From an uncultured Candidatus Poseidoniales archaeon (lineage in GTDB: Archaea > Thermoplasmatota > Poseidoniia > Poseidoniales > Poseidoniaceae), in contig CAXGWS010000004.1 of NCBI GenBank assembly GCA_964013535.1, positions 22,854 through 86,853 of the forward strand: a stretch of 64,000 nt of DNA, written 5' to 3'. The position numbers and the translations under genes are program-made. A model generated the notes under the pieces. That model saw nothing but the letters and a program-made list of their open reading frames with translations, did no database searches and had not been told where the DNA came from. This document shows positions 8,916 to 19,770 of this stretch, one piece after another. Within the stretch, counting starts at the first letter, position 1, and each line of letters opens with the position of its first letter.

Positions 8916-9698
8916 ATGAAGAGAACATCTAGCCTGCTTTTGATCGGAACCCTCGGCCTCTTGGCTTTAGGAAACGCGTCGGCTGCAACTGGGATACTAG
9001 AAACTGATGATATGGTTGGAGTATCTTTTTGGTTGGCAACTGCAATGATGCTTGCATCTACCGTTTTCTTCATCCTTGAGCGCCAAAATGTAGCGCCAAA
9101 GTGGCGAACATCAATGACCGTTGCTGCACTAGTAACTGGTGTTGCATGGTACCACTACACCTACATGAGAGGACATTGGATCTCCACTGGAGAGTCCCCA
9201 CTAGTCATGAGATACATTGACTGGTTGATTACTGTCCCTCTACAAGTTGCTGAATTCTACCTAATTCTAGCTGCTATCGGTGCTGCAACTGCTGCACTAT
9301 TCTGGAGACTCTTCGGTGCCTCCATTGTTATGCTAGTTGCTGGTTTCCTAGCTGAATCCGGAGAAATGTCCGATGGACTAACCTGGCCATTGTTCGCTGT
9401 TGGTGTAGCCGCATGGATTTACATCATCTACGAGGTCTGGGCTGGTGAAGCAAAGGAAAATGTCAGCGGTGCAAGCGAAGGTACACAATTCGCTTTCAAG
9501 GCAATGGCAATCATTCTAACAGTTGGTTGGGCAATCTACCCAATTGGATTCATCATGGGCGAAGGTGGCGACGCTGGCGATGTAGAGAACCTAAACATCC
9601 TCTACAACATTGCTGACGTAGTCAACAAGACTGCCTTTGGTATGATGGTTTGGTATGCAGCAACAATGGATACCAAGGCATCTGGATCTGAAGAGTGA
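8916..9698 (+). CDS. pop: Proteorhodopsin (DTE proton pump, Q at the spectral-tuning site, predicted blue-absorbing)
   Basis: Signal peptide plus 7 TM helices; RYIDWLITVPLQVAEF (D97/T101/Q105/E108 equivalents); WYHY His75 equivalent; retinal-binding Lys in ADVVNKTAFG. Confidence 0.96.
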   Translation: MKRTSSLLLIGTLGLLALGNASAATGILETDDMVGVSFWLATAMMLASTVFFILERQNVAPKWRTSMTVAALVTGVAWYHYTYMRGHWISTGESPLVMRYIDWLITVPLQVAEFYLILAAIGAATAALFWRLFGASIVMLVAGFLAESGEMSDGLTWPLFAVGVAAWIYIIYEVWAGEAKENVSGASEGTQFAFKAMAIILTVGWAIYPIGFIMGEGGDAGDVENLNILYNIADVVNKTAFGMMVWYAATMDTKASGSEE

Positions 9699-10730
9699 TT
9701 ACCTACTGGAAAGTTTGCGAATAAGGTATTCAATGGTTAGCCATTGATATCTATTCCAAACATATGCGAAGATGGGCCAGGTAGTGGTGAATAATACCAC
9801 TGCCTGGCTCGCTTCCATAACCGTCCAATCTTTTTCATTTTCGAGATTGGACATTATCGATAAAGGAATAAAATGAATGACGTAAATGGTTAACGAAAGC
9901 CTTCCGCAACCCTCGAATATCGTTATTCTAAACTCCTGAATAATTAACCAGAAAATGAAAACCCCTGTCATTGATGCAATGATGAAACCAATGTTAACTG
10001 GAAAGAAATTGAGCTCTCCTCCTTGTGTTGGATGAGCCCATATACTTCCATCGATATTGGATCGAATCAATGTAAACAGACAGTAGCACATTCCTATCAT
10101 TATCAGTAAGGTGGTGCTATTCCTTGGGAGTGTTTTCCCCCCCTCCGTAATGGAACTTCCAAGGAATGCACCAACCACTGCATAACATATCCACGGTAAT
10201 ACTGGATATGTCCCTGTTAATATCAAATGCGAAATTACCGTTGAGAGGTTTTCCGTATTTGTCCTGAAATCCCAATTATTCTCGCCCTGAATATTGAATA
10301 ACATACTATTTACACCGTAAAAAAGTAAAATCGACAGCCAAAATAATAGAAATATTGTTCGGTTAGTCGTTATCTTAACAATTAGAGGTTTTAGGATAAT
10401 TAGTAGAGCAAATAGTGATAATATTCCTGGACTGAACGGTTGGTATAACTGAGGCGAGGAAAGGTTGACTAAAATTTGCAGAATCAGTAATATAATTGCC
10501 TTGATAATATTAGCACGATTACTACTTCGTGATTTTATTAGACCCCAACCAAATATTGTGATAAATAAAGGTGCAGCTAAACCACCGAGGCCAGCAACAA
10601 TATATGACAGACTAGAGGTATCGGAAGATTGTGTTGGGCTCCATATTGCGGCCGCATGCACCATAACCATGAGCAATACCGCTAATCCACGAAGTGAATC
10701 GATTTCACGGTACCTAAACTCTGCCACCAT
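9699..10730 (-). CDS. DUF1624 / HGSNAT-like membrane acyltransferase family protein
   Basis: N-terminal RxxxIDSLRGLAVLLMVMVH, YPVLPW and GRLSLTIYVIH motifs; multiple TM helices. Confidence 0.75.
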   Translation of the reverse strand: MVAEFRYREIDSLRGLAVLLMVMVHAAAIWSPTQSSDTSSLSYIVAGLGGLAAPLFITIFGWGLIKSRSSNRANIIKAIILLILQILVNLSSPQLYQPFSPGILSLFALLIILKPLIVKITTNRTIFLLFWLSILLFYGVNSMLFNIQGENNWDFRTNTENLSTVISHLILTGTYPVLPWICYAVVGAFLGSSITEGGKTLPRNSTTLLIMIGMCYCLFTLIRSNIDGSIWAHPTQGGELNFFPVNIGFIIASMTGVFIFWLIIQEFRITIFEGCGRLSLTIYVIHFIPLSIMSNLENEKDWTVMEASQAVVLFTTTWPIFAYVWNRYQWLTIEYLIRKLSSR

Positions 10731-10735
10731 TTCAA

Positions 10736-11569
10736 TCAGTTTTTTGAAATGACATATTCAACTGCATTTCTGAAAATTTGTAACCCTTGACCTTCCCACT
10801 CGATTTCACTTTCAACATTAGGTATAGTTCCTCTAGTATAATCAGGATGTAACCATTGCGCATAAATTGCCTCGGGATGAGGCATTAATCCGAATACCAA
10901 ACCTGTCTGATCTGAAATACCTGCAATATTCATCATACTACCATTAGGAGATTTAGGGAATGGTAAAACTTCGTCGCGATTAGCATCAATGTTATCTGGA
11001 TCAATATATCTAACAGCGATTTGATTATTGTCTGATAGTTGTCTTAAACTTTCTTTGTTTGGCATTACGTATTTACCCTCACCGTGTCTTACAGGACAAT
11101 CAATAGTAGTCATTCCTCTAGTCCAAATACAATTACTATGTTGGTTAAATTCTAATGTAACCCAACGGTCTTCATACCTACCAGTATCGTTGAGTGTAAG
11201 GCTTGCTCGTTGAATGAAATCTGGTTCATTGCCGTCAGGTCCGGGAAGTAATCCGGTTTTCACCAAAACTTGAAATCCGTTACATATGCCTATTATCGGT
11301 TTACCATTTTGAATAAAATTACTCAATTCTTCTCTTAAAGAAAAACGCATTCTATTACCCATCAGCCTACCGCTACCAAGATGGTCGCCAAACGAAAACC
11401 CTCCTGGGACTGCAAGAATATCATAATTTGATAACTTGTCATCACCAGAGATAAATGAATTCAAATGAACCCTGGTGGCCTTGCCACCGACCATCTCAAA
11501 CACAGCTGCTGTTTCATGGTCGCAGTTTATTCCAAAGCCAAATAATACGGCTACTTTAGGCATATACAT
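10736..11569 (-). CDS. purQ: Phosphoribosylformylglycinamidine synthase, glutaminase subunit
   Basis: GFGINCDHET, VPGGFSFGD, catalytic GICNGFQ, HGEG and GLMPHPE motifs; ATG overlaps the purL stop codon. Confidence 0.95.
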   Translation of the reverse strand: MYMPKVAVLFGFGINCDHETAAVFEMVGGKATRVHLNSFISGDDKLSNYDILAVPGGFSFGDHLGSGRLMGNRMRFSLREELSNFIQNGKPIIGICNGFQVLVKTGLLPGPDGNEPDFIQRASLTLNDTGRYEDRWVTLEFNQHSNCIWTRGMTTIDCPVRHGEGKYVMPNKESLRQLSDNNQIAVRYIDPDNIDANRDEVLPFPKSPNGSMMNIAGISDQTGLVFGLMPHPEAIYAQWLHPDYTRGTIPNVESEIEWEGQGLQIFRNAVEYVISKN

Positions 11570-14500
11570 CAAACGCCACCTCCAGTCATATCGAGAGTTC
11601 TTTGCCATGAATTTACCATTGTAGATACATCAACTGAGATAATTTCTTCATAGCCATCAATGATATTCAATAATTGTGAATCTTCAACATTTCCGAGGTA
11701 TGTAACAGTACTGCCAGACATACCGTTTAGGAAAGTTGATTCATGTTGTGGAGATACCGCTACTACGATTCTACCAAGAGATTCACCCCATAGCCTCGAC
11801 CATAAAGAGCAATTTCCTGTGCCATCTATGTCTACATTAGCCCCTATTCTACCCCCAATACACATCTCCGCCAGGGTGACTCCAAGGCCTCCTTCTGAAC
11901 AATCGTGAGCAGTTTTTACAATTCCCGAATTAATCAACGAGCTCAACGCTCGATATGATTGGAATAATTTCTCGGGATTGTCAAGAGATGGTACTGAACC
12001 TCCAATTCCATTCGTGGATGCCTTTTCTCTTAGCATGAAAGATACTTCTGAAGCCCCGAGTTCTTCGAGTGATTCGCCTACTAAGTAGATTTTATCACCG
12101 GAGTTTTTGAAATCACTAGTTGCGGTATTTCTAACATCTGGATGATCCCCAAATAACGAAAATAGAAGTGTTGGAGGTATCGAAATCTTATCTACGCCTT
12201 TTCCATAATCATTCTTCATCGAATCCTTGCCACTCACGCACGGTAGTCGATAAGCTCGACAAATACGCTCAAGTTCCCTATTTGCCCTGACTAATTGAGC
12301 AAGTTTGAATTTGCCATCTGGGGTCTTTTCTGATTGGATTGGGTCTGGCCAGCAAAAATTGTCTAGCCCCGCAATTTTATCGACATCGACCCCTACACAG
12401 ACAGCATTTCTAACCGCTTCATCTATTGCTGCAGCAGCCATTGCTCCAGCATCGATATCTGAATATCTAGGTGCAATGCCATTAGAGACTACTAAGCCGC
12501 GCGGATTGCCATGTATCGGAGCGATTACTCCTGCATCAGCAGGCCCGTCTCTCTCTACACCGACAAAGGGTTTCACTGCAGTTTGAGCAATGACTTCGTG
12601 GTCATACTGCCTAACCCAGGTTTCCTTACTAGCAATGTTAGGACGGGCCAATAAATCGATGAGTATGTTGTTGTGATTCGAATCTTGTGGTGCTTTGAAC
12701 ATAGTATGTTCGGGTGGATTCCACTCTGATTCAAGTTGTAGTTGTGGCACCCCATCGTGTAAAAATTCAATTGGTAAGTAAGCTACTGTATCATCATTAT
12801 ATTCAACATGGAACATGCCCGTTGATGTGAATTCGGCGACTGCGGTTGCTTCAACCTCATGCAGATTGGCTAATTTCTCGAACCTATCGACATCCTCGGG
12901 TTTAACTGCAACAGTCATCCGTTCTTGACTTTCTGAAACAAGAATTTCCCAAGGCGATAAGCCTGATTGTTTGAGTGGTACTTTTGCTAAATCTATTTTG
13001 CAGCCATTAGTGTACTCAGCCATTTCCCCAATTGACGATGATAGCCCGCCTGCACCATTATCAGTGATACAAGTAATCAGCCCCATGTCTCTCGCTTCGA
13101 GGAGCATATCAAGCATTTTTTTCTGAGTGATTGGATCACCGATTTGGACAGCACTTGATGGTGATTCATCAGTTAGTTCAAGTGAGGAAAAAGTGGCTCC
13201 ATGAATGCCATCATATCCAACTCTACCACCTACCATGTAGACAACATCGCCCGCACTTGGTGTTTTGATGTGAGATTCTCTGCCATCTGGTAATCGTCTC
13301 GGCATTAGCCCTACTGTACCACAATAAACCAGCGGCTTACCAAGATACCGTTCATCAAATATTATTGCACCATTAATTGTTGGGATTCCTGATTCGTTAC
13401 CTCCGACGCGTACTCCAGAGTGTACTCCACGTAATACTCGAGATGGATGAAATAAATTCTCAGGGATATGGCCTTTCCAATCCGGCGGACCGAAACAAAA
13501 TACATCTGTATTTGCGATTGGGCGAGCGCCGAGACCTGTGCCAAGGATGTCTCGATTTACTCCGACAATACCTGTCATGGCGCCTCCGTATGGGTCTAAA
13601 GCCGATGGAGAATTATGGGTTTCAGCCTTCATACAAACGCTCCATTCATCATCCCAGGCAATTACTCCGGAATTGTCATGGAACACGGATAACAACCAAT
13701 CCACTTCTTTTTGCATGTCGTGAGTTGGTTTCATAATATGGGTTTTGAAAATAGAATCGACTACCGATTCTTCTCCCGTTTCTAGGTCTTTATGGTGTAT
13801 TTTTGATGCGAAAATCTTGTGTTTACAGTGCTCGCTCCATGTTTGAGCTAAACACTCTAATTCGACATCAGTTGGCTGATTTTCAACAATACCTGCTGCT
13901 CTTCGAGATTGTTGGATAGATTCGTTGCGGTAGTGCGATTGTATCGCTTTCATTTCCTCAAGGTTGAGTGCTAATAATCCGGCCTCTGAGATTTCTATTA
14001 GTTCATCATCAGAAATTTCGAGATTAATATGTGCTGGCTGCTTGAAATGCTGAGGGGGTTTATCGGGATACTCTAACATTGGCCAACTACCTTGCTGGCA
14101 CATTGTTTGGTTGGATATTACCGCCCTTTCAATTAGATTATTGTACAACGTTGATGCAATGAATTCTGGTGCCGCCTGCTCACCAATACCATAGAAAGCG
14201 TAGGTGATATATGTCGAAATGTCTGATTCGGTATTTGCTTCGGGAAATATTGTTCTAAAGCCGTCTAAGGCAGCCTTACCTGGATTATCGGTTACGCCTG
14301 GTTTGAAGCCGACGGATATTACAACGTCGGGTGTGGTGTCGAAAATATCCTTATTTGCGAGAAATGATTGGTTGGTTATAGAATGTTCAATTATAGGATC
14401 GGCGAATAAATCATCAGCTCTAGCGGCAATTCTTTCTGAGTCTATGTCGGAATTTATGAGGAAGCCGACGATGCTCCGAACACTGGAAAATGTTAGATTA

Positions 14501-14595
14501 TGGTCTGCTAACAATCGTCTTCTAACAACATCGCCTCTAACATCACTAAGCCCTTCTCCAGACTTTGGTGTTGCCTCAACTCTAGTTACCTGCAT
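11569..14595 (-). CDS. purL: Phosphoribosylformylglycinamidine synthase, synthetase subunit (long form with N-terminal PurS-like domains)
   Basis: QTWSEHCKHKIF, KAETHNSPSALDPYGGAMTG, DNGAGGLSS, SESQERM, SGKDSMKN and HDCSEGG motifs. Confidence 0.96.
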   Translation of the reverse strand: MQVTRVEATPKSGEGLSDVRGDVVRRRLLADHNLTFSSVRSIVGFLINSDIDSERIAARADDLFADPIIEHSITNQSFLANKDIFDTTPDVVISVGFKPGVTDNPGKAALDGFRTIFPEANTESDISTYITYAFYGIGEQAAPEFIASTLYNNLIERAVISNQTMCQQGSWPMLEYPDKPPQHFKQPAHINLEISDDELIEISEAGLLALNLEEMKAIQSHYRNESIQQSRRAAGIVENQPTDVELECLAQTWSEHCKHKIFASKIHHKDLETGEESVVDSIFKTHIMKPTHDMQKEVDWLLSVFHDNSGVIAWDDEWSVCMKAETHNSPSALDPYGGAMTGIVGVNRDILGTGLGARPIANTDVFCFGPPDWKGHIPENLFHPSRVLRGVHSGVRVGGNESGIPTINGAIIFDERYLGKPLVYCGTVGLMPRRLPDGRESHIKTPSAGDVVYMVGGRVGYDGIHGATFSSLELTDESPSSAVQIGDPITQKKMLDMLLEARDMGLITCITDNGAGGLSSSIGEMAEYTNGCKIDLAKVPLKQSGLSPWEILVSESQERMTVAVKPEDVDRFEKLANLHEVEATAVAEFTSTGMFHVEYNDDTVAYLPIEFLHDGVPQLQLESEWNPPEHTMFKAPQDSNHNNILIDLLARPNIASKETWVRQYDHEVIAQTAVKPFVGVERDGPADAGVIAPIHGNPRGLVVSNGIAPRYSDIDAGAMAAAAIDEAVRNAVCVGVDVDKIAGLDNFCWPDPIQSEKTPDGKFKLAQLVRANRELERICRAYRLPCVSGKDSMKNDYGKGVDKISIPPTLLFSLFGDHPDVRNTATSDFKNSGDKIYLVGESLEELGASEVSFMLREKASTNGIGGSVPSLDNPEKLFQSYRALSSLINSGIVKTAHDCSEGGLGVTLAEMCIGGRIGANVDIDGTGNCSLWSRLWGESLGRIVVAVSPQHESTFLNGMSGSTVTYLGNVEDSQLLNIIDGYEEIISVDVSTMVNSWQRTLDMTGGGV

Positions 14596-14660
14596 AGTGT
14601 TCGCCTTCTTGGGTTATATTGATGGCTGTCAATACGCTCTTTGAACAATACGGAAGAATG

Positions 14661-17591
14661 TCAAAGCATGTCTTTGAGATATTTGCCGGTAAAACTGTGT
14701 TCATTCTGAGCAATTTTCTCCGGTGGACCGTATGCAATAAGTTGCCCGCCACGATCTCCACCCTCAGGACCTAAATCGATTACCCAGTCGCTGGATTTGA
14801 CAACATCTAAATGGTGTTCGATGACAATTACTGTGTGCCCTTTGCCGCGTAATTCGAGAAGCACATCGATTAGCATTTGAACATCTGATAAGGCCAAACC
14901 TGTGGTTGGCTCATCGAGGATGTAAACAGTATGTTTGTTAGGTGGACGGCGTAATTCGCTGGCTAATTTTACTCGCTGTGCTTCGCCCCCAGATAATGTT
15001 GTAGCAGGTTGGCCAAGTCTGACGTATGAAAGCCCAACCGCCCTTAAAGTGTCTAAAGTTCGGTGTATTTTTCTATGATTTTCAAAGAACTTCACTGCCT
15101 CGCCGATTGGCATTTCTAAAACATCATGAATCGTTTTACCTTTCCAAGTAACTTCCAAGCATTCTCTTGTGTATCGCTTACCATTACACACATCGCAAGT
15201 AATCCACACATCAGGTAGGAAATTCATTTCCAACTTGATTGACCCTGCGCCGCTACATGCCTCGCAGCGACCACCTTTCACGTTGAAACTAAAATGTCCT
15301 GGAGTGTAACCTCGTTCCTTAGCTAAGGTTGTCTGAGAAAATAGTTTTCTGATTTCATCGAAAACTTTGGTGTATGTGGCGGGATTTGACCTTGGGGTTC
15401 TTCCAATTGGTGATTGGTCGATAATTATCGTCTTGTCGATTTTATCGATGCCTTCTATTGTCTTATGTTTGCCGGGAGTCGTATCTGCGTTGTGTAGGGC
15501 TCTCTGTAGTGCAGGTGCTAATATTCCTGAGACTAATGATGATTTTCCGGAACCAGAAACTCCACAAACAGCGGTCATACATCCAAGTGGAAATTCAACG
15601 TTGACTGATTGTAAATTATTATGCTGGGCGCCTTTAATTTTTATTTTCTCTTTAGTCGGCTTCTTCCTTTTATCGGGTATTTCTATGGCTTTTTTGCCGC
15701 TAAGATATGCTCCAGTGATAGATTCTGAACTATTCATGACCTCTTCGGGAGGCCCATTTGCAACTACGATCCCTCCCTCTAAACCGGCACCGGGGCCGAG
15801 ATCGCAAAGCCAATCTGCCTGTCTCAAAGTATCTTCATCGTGCTCAACTACGATGAGTGTATTACCTAAATCACTTAATTCACGAAGAGTAGACAATAAT
15901 CTAGAATTATCTCTTTGATGTAATCCGATTGAGGGTTCGTCTAAGACATACATTACGCCGGTAAGTCGACTGCCAATTTGTGTTGCGAGTCTAATCCTTT
16001 GGCTCTCTCCACCAGATAGGGTATTGGCTTTTCTGTCTAAAGTTAAGTAATCAAGTCCAACGCTGTTCAAGAAATCCAGTCGACTTTCAATTTCCTTTAA
16101 GATCTCATTACCGATGAATAAACTCTTCTCATCAAGAATTTCTAACTGGTCAGCGTACAATTCTGGAGGTCCTTTGTTGCTGTCCGGTCGCCAGGCTCTA
16201 ACCAGTTCTAGACTGTCGTGAATAGAACATGAGGATACTTCAGGCAGCCTGATTCCACCTACTGTAACATGTCTTGCTGCAGCGTTCAGTTTTTCCCCGT
16301 TGCATGCGGAACAAGGTAAATCCGTCATGCAATTTATCAAACGATTTCTCGTTCTATCGGAAGAGGTTTCTGTATAGGTTTTCTCCAATCTTGGAATTAT
16401 TCCTTCCCAAGGCCTATTCATTTTGTAAACTGAACCATTATCTGATTCGAAATGGAAATTTATTACAGTTGAACCCGAGCCGTGGAGCAATATATCTTGC
16501 TCATCGTCAGACAGTAATTTGAATGGAACATGAGTTGGAATGTTGTAATAATCCGCGACCTGTTCTAACAATCTGCGATACCAGGAAGGTGACATTGAGC
16601 GTTTCCAAGGTCTTACACAACCATTGCTAATCGACATTTCATAATCGACAACCAGTTCGGTATTGAACTGTCTCTGAACGCCTAGACCTTGGCAGCTGCT
16701 GCAAGCACCCAGTGGGGAATTGAATGAAAATACTCTCGGAGAGAGTTCAGGCATGAATGCTCCGTGTTCAGGACAAGCGAAGTCTTCCGACCATGATATT
16801 ATATCTCCAGCACTATGTTCTCTTGATTTACTTCCATTAGGTAGCGGTAAATTTTCTGAAGGTTGTTTGAGAGATTCAATGGCAAGTGCCCCTCCACCCA
16901 ATCTGAGAGCTGACTCAACGGCTTCAGTAAGCCTTTGACGTGACTTCCTGCGACAGACAAAACGATCGATTCTAACATCGATATCATGACGAAAGTTCTT
17001 GTCGAGATTTGGGGGTGTTTCGAATTCAGCATCATGCCCATTGACTTTTCCGTTAAGGAATCCCTGTTCCATTAATTGGCGAAATAAATCTTGATGTGTG
17101 CCTTTTCTCGCTCTAATTACAGGAGACCAAACAGCGATAGTGTGTTCTTCTAAATTCCAAAGAATATCATCGACAATTTCCTGCACAGTTCGTCTAGCAA
17201 CTTCTACTCCACAAGTCGGGCAATGTGGTTTACCAATGCGCGCCCACAATAATCTAAGATAATCTTGGATTTCAGTGACGGTGGCAACTGTAGAACGAGG
17301 GTTATGGCTACCTTGTTTTTGGTCTATTGAAATAGCAGGTGATAACCCTTCAATACCGTCACAATCAGCCTTTTTCATTTGACCGATAAACTGTCGAGCG
17401 TAAGAAGATAGGCTTTCGACATATCTCCGCTGACCTTCAGCATAAAGGGTATCAAAAGCTAGACTGGATTTACCCGAGCCTGATACACCAGATACCACTA
17501 CGAATTTTCCGCGTGGTAATTTAACATCGATATTTTTTAGATTATGAGTTCTTGCACCACGAACGGTAATCCAGTCTTGATCATCGCTCAT
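14661..17591 (-). CDS. uvrA: Excinuclease ABC subunit A
   Basis: Two ABC modules (GVSGSGKSS twice; LSGGESQR and LSGGEAQR), Zn fingers, and GRTPRSNPATY. Confidence 0.98.
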   Translation of the reverse strand: MSDDQDWITVRGARTHNLKNIDVKLPRGKFVVVSGVSGSGKSSLAFDTLYAEGQRRYVESLSSYARQFIGQMKKADCDGIEGLSPAISIDQKQGSHNPRSTVATVTEIQDYLRLLWARIGKPHCPTCGVEVARRTVQEIVDDILWNLEEHTIAVWSPVIRARKGTHQDLFRQLMEQGFLNGKVNGHDAEFETPPNLDKNFRHDIDVRIDRFVCRRKSRQRLTEAVESALRLGGGALAIESLKQPSENLPLPNGSKSREHSAGDIISWSEDFACPEHGAFMPELSPRVFSFNSPLGACSSCQGLGVQRQFNTELVVDYEMSISNGCVRPWKRSMSPSWYRRLLEQVADYYNIPTHVPFKLLSDDEQDILLHGSGSTVINFHFESDNGSVYKMNRPWEGIIPRLEKTYTETSSDRTRNRLINCMTDLPCSACNGEKLNAAARHVTVGGIRLPEVSSCSIHDSLELVRAWRPDSNKGPPELYADQLEILDEKSLFIGNEILKEIESRLDFLNSVGLDYLTLDRKANTLSGGESQRIRLATQIGSRLTGVMYVLDEPSIGLHQRDNSRLLSTLRELSDLGNTLIVVEHDEDTLRQADWLCDLGPGAGLEGGIVVANGPPEEVMNSSESITGAYLSGKKAIEIPDKRKKPTKEKIKIKGAQHNNLQSVNVEFPLGCMTAVCGVSGSGKSSLVSGILAPALQRALHNADTTPGKHKTIEGIDKIDKTIIIDQSPIGRTPRSNPATYTKVFDEIRKLFSQTTLAKERGYTPGHFSFNVKGGRCEACSGAGSIKLEMNFLPDVWITCDVCNGKRYTRECLEVTWKGKTIHDVLEMPIGEAVKFFENHRKIHRTLDTLRAVGLSYVRLGQPATTLSGGEAQRVKLASELRRPPNKHTVYILDEPTTGLALSDVQMLIDVLLELRGKGHTVIVIEHHLDVVKSSDWVIDLGPEGGDRGGQLIAYGPPEKIAQNEHSFTGKYLKDML

Positions 17592-17658
17592 GGCCTTACC
17601 CACCCTTGATTGGATGTCAATAGTTCAATAAGTCCTCTATTTGAATTAATGGTTTTTA

Positions 17659-18531
17659 TCACAATATATTGAATGGGTGAGGTGATTCAAACCTCATTGG
17701 TTCATCAGAATGAGGGTGAAGAAATTCTAACGATGTCGCATGGAGACAAATCCTCGAAAGTGGATTGGTTTGAGCGCCGTGTAATGAGTCCCCAATTATT
17801 GGATGGCCGATGGATTTCAAGGCCATGCGTATTTGATGTCGTCGGCCGGTTTCAATCATAAGGCGGAGCAGTGATGTTTTATCTGTAGATTGTAATAGTT
17901 CCCAGTGGGTGATTGCTTGTTTAGCATATTTGTTAGATTTCGTAGTGAATTTGATGTTGAGTTGCTTATCTTCAACAAGAAATTGTTCGATAGTCCCTTT
18001 GTCATCGGTTAATTCTCCCTCAACCATTGCGTGATATGTTCGGTATACAGACCTTTGAGCAAATTGTTCTTGGAGATATTCTTTGGATTTTTTATCCTTT
18101 GCAAGCAGCATAATTCCTGATGTTTCTTTGTCAAGTCGGTGTACTATGTAGGCCCATGCCTTTGCATTATTCTGTTTAACATAGTCAACGCATTTTGAAT
18201 GGAGGGTTTTTATTTCTAATTTATCAGTGGCGACAGATAATAATTTAGCGGGTTTTTCGACAATTAAAATATAATCATCTTCGTAAATTATGTTAATTGA
18301 GTAGTTACTGAATTTAATTTCAGTCTGTGGTTCTATCTCTTTCTTAGGTTTGTCAAGTAGTTCAAAGGTGTCATCAACACTGAGTAAATATTTAGCTTGA
18401 TGAATTGTTTTTCCATTAATCTCAATACGGCCAATAGAGAGCATTTTTCTTAGTTTATTTGTCGAAGTCTTTGGGAAATTCTGTTTTAGAAATTGGAGTA
18501 ATTCAATTTCCTTAACAATGATTTTCTTCAT
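17659..18531 (-). CDS. RluA-family RNA pseudouridine synthase with an S4-like N-terminus
   Basis: VEKPAKLLS, catalytic HRLDKETSG, TGRRHQIR, GHPIIGDSLHG and LHA motifs; GGTGA SD upstream of ATG 18531. Confidence 0.92.
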   Translation of the reverse strand: MKKIIVKEIELLQFLKQNFPKTSTNKLRKMLSIGRIEINGKTIHQAKYLLSVDDTFELLDKPKKEIEPQTEIKFSNYSINIIYEDDYILIVEKPAKLLSVATDKLEIKTLHSKCVDYVKQNNAKAWAYIVHRLDKETSGIMLLAKDKKSKEYLQEQFAQRSVYRTYHAMVEGELTDDKGTIEQFLVEDKQLNIKFTTKSNKYAKQAITHWELLQSTDKTSLLRLMIETGRRHQIRMALKSIGHPIIGDSLHGAQTNPLSRICLHATSLEFLHPHSDEPMRFESPHPFNIL

Positions 18532-18539
18532 TATTTCAC

Positions 18540-19745
18540 CTACAAGAGTATAATTCTGCAAATATCGCCTTGCCGACCTTTTGCTTCGGGTTCAATAAAT
18601 GTCAAACCATCACTCATGGCAATACCTGCAATATTACCTGATCCTTGGTGACCTTTTAGTCTGGCATAGGTTTTACCGGATTTTTGAAAAAGTTGGACTC
18701 GTCTAAAGGTAGTAAAATCGTCTTGAGTCTTTATGTCTTCATCAAGTATTGCAAAGGTGTATTTATTGTGAATATCTTTTGAATTGGTTATTGCTGTTAA
18801 CCATTTTGCTACTATCGCTCTAAACACTACGTGACTGCTCACTGGGTTTCCCGGCAAACCAAAAATAGGTGTATTATTCCAAGTCCCGAAAATCGGTGGT
18901 GAACCTGGTCGCATCTTAACACGCCAAAATTTGATCTCGCCTTCTTGCTCCATTAAAATCCTAACAAAATCTCGGTCACCCATAGAAACACCACCTGATG
19001 TAATGATGCAATCATATTCTGCTGAGGCTTTGTTTAGGACAGCGCGTAGTGTATCTACATCATCTACTACACTTGGAAATCTTATTGCTTCATGCCCATA
19101 TAGTTGCACTAATGCAGATAAACCATAAGAGTTTGATTCATAGATTTGCCCATATTCTAACTCCTCAGTTAAACTTTTCAGCTCATCTCCTGTTGATATT
19201 ATAGCAATTCTTAATTTGCAATAGACCGTTACTTCCGCAACGCCTGCAGCAGCACTGAGAGAGATTCTCTCTGGAGTCATTATATCGCCTTGAGAAAAAA
19301 TGGTTTCGTTTTCAGCAAAATTCTCGCCGAGTCTTCTGATAAAATGCGGCTTAGAGGGTTCTGACAAAGTTACTGTTTCACCTTCAACGGAACACGCTTC
19401 TATTGGTAATATCGAATCAGCCCCTTTTGGTATGGGTGCGCCAGTCATAATTCTAACCGCTTCGCCATCAGAGATTTGTTTAAAATCGTGAGAACCAGCA
19501 TTAGATGTCCCAACGATAGTAAGTTTTGTTGGTGGATTTAATGTGTTTTCATAAATAACTGCAAAACCATCCATGGAAGAATTATCAAAACTAGGATCAT
19601 TGACTCTTGCTTTTACTTCGGATGATAAAATACGGTTTAGGGATTGTTCAATAGGAATTGTTTCCGATGGAAGTGAAATTAAGGAATTTTTGCATAAGTC
19701 ATTTGCTTCACCCAAAGAGATGTAGTATGGGTATGGTTTGACCAT
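18540..19745 (-). CDS. moeA: Molybdopterin molybdotransferase (gephyrin-like)
   Basis: PSFDNSSMDGFAV, RIMTGAPIPKGADS, STGDEL, YESNSY, TSGGVSMGDRD and GLPGNPVS motifs. Confidence 0.93.
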   Translation of the reverse strand: MVKPYPYYISLGEANDLCKNSLISLPSETIPIEQSLNRILSSEVKARVNDPSFDNSSMDGFAVIYENTLNPPTKLTIVGTSNAGSHDFKQISDGEAVRIMTGAPIPKGADSILPIEACSVEGETVTLSEPSKPHFIRRLGENFAENETIFSQGDIMTPERISLSAAAGVAEVTVYCKLRIAIISTGDELKSLTEELEYGQIYESNSYGLSALVQLYGHEAIRFPSVVDDVDTLRAVLNKASAEYDCIITSGGVSMGDRDFVRILMEQEGEIKFWRVKMRPGSPPIFGTWNNTPIFGLPGNPVSSHVVFRAIVAKWLTAITNSKDIHNKYTFAILDEDIKTQDDFTTFRRVQLFQKSGKTYARLKGHQGSGNIAGIAMSDGLTFIEPEAKGRQGDICRIILL

Positions 19746-19770
19746 GTGTCCCCCCAAAACCAAATTTACT

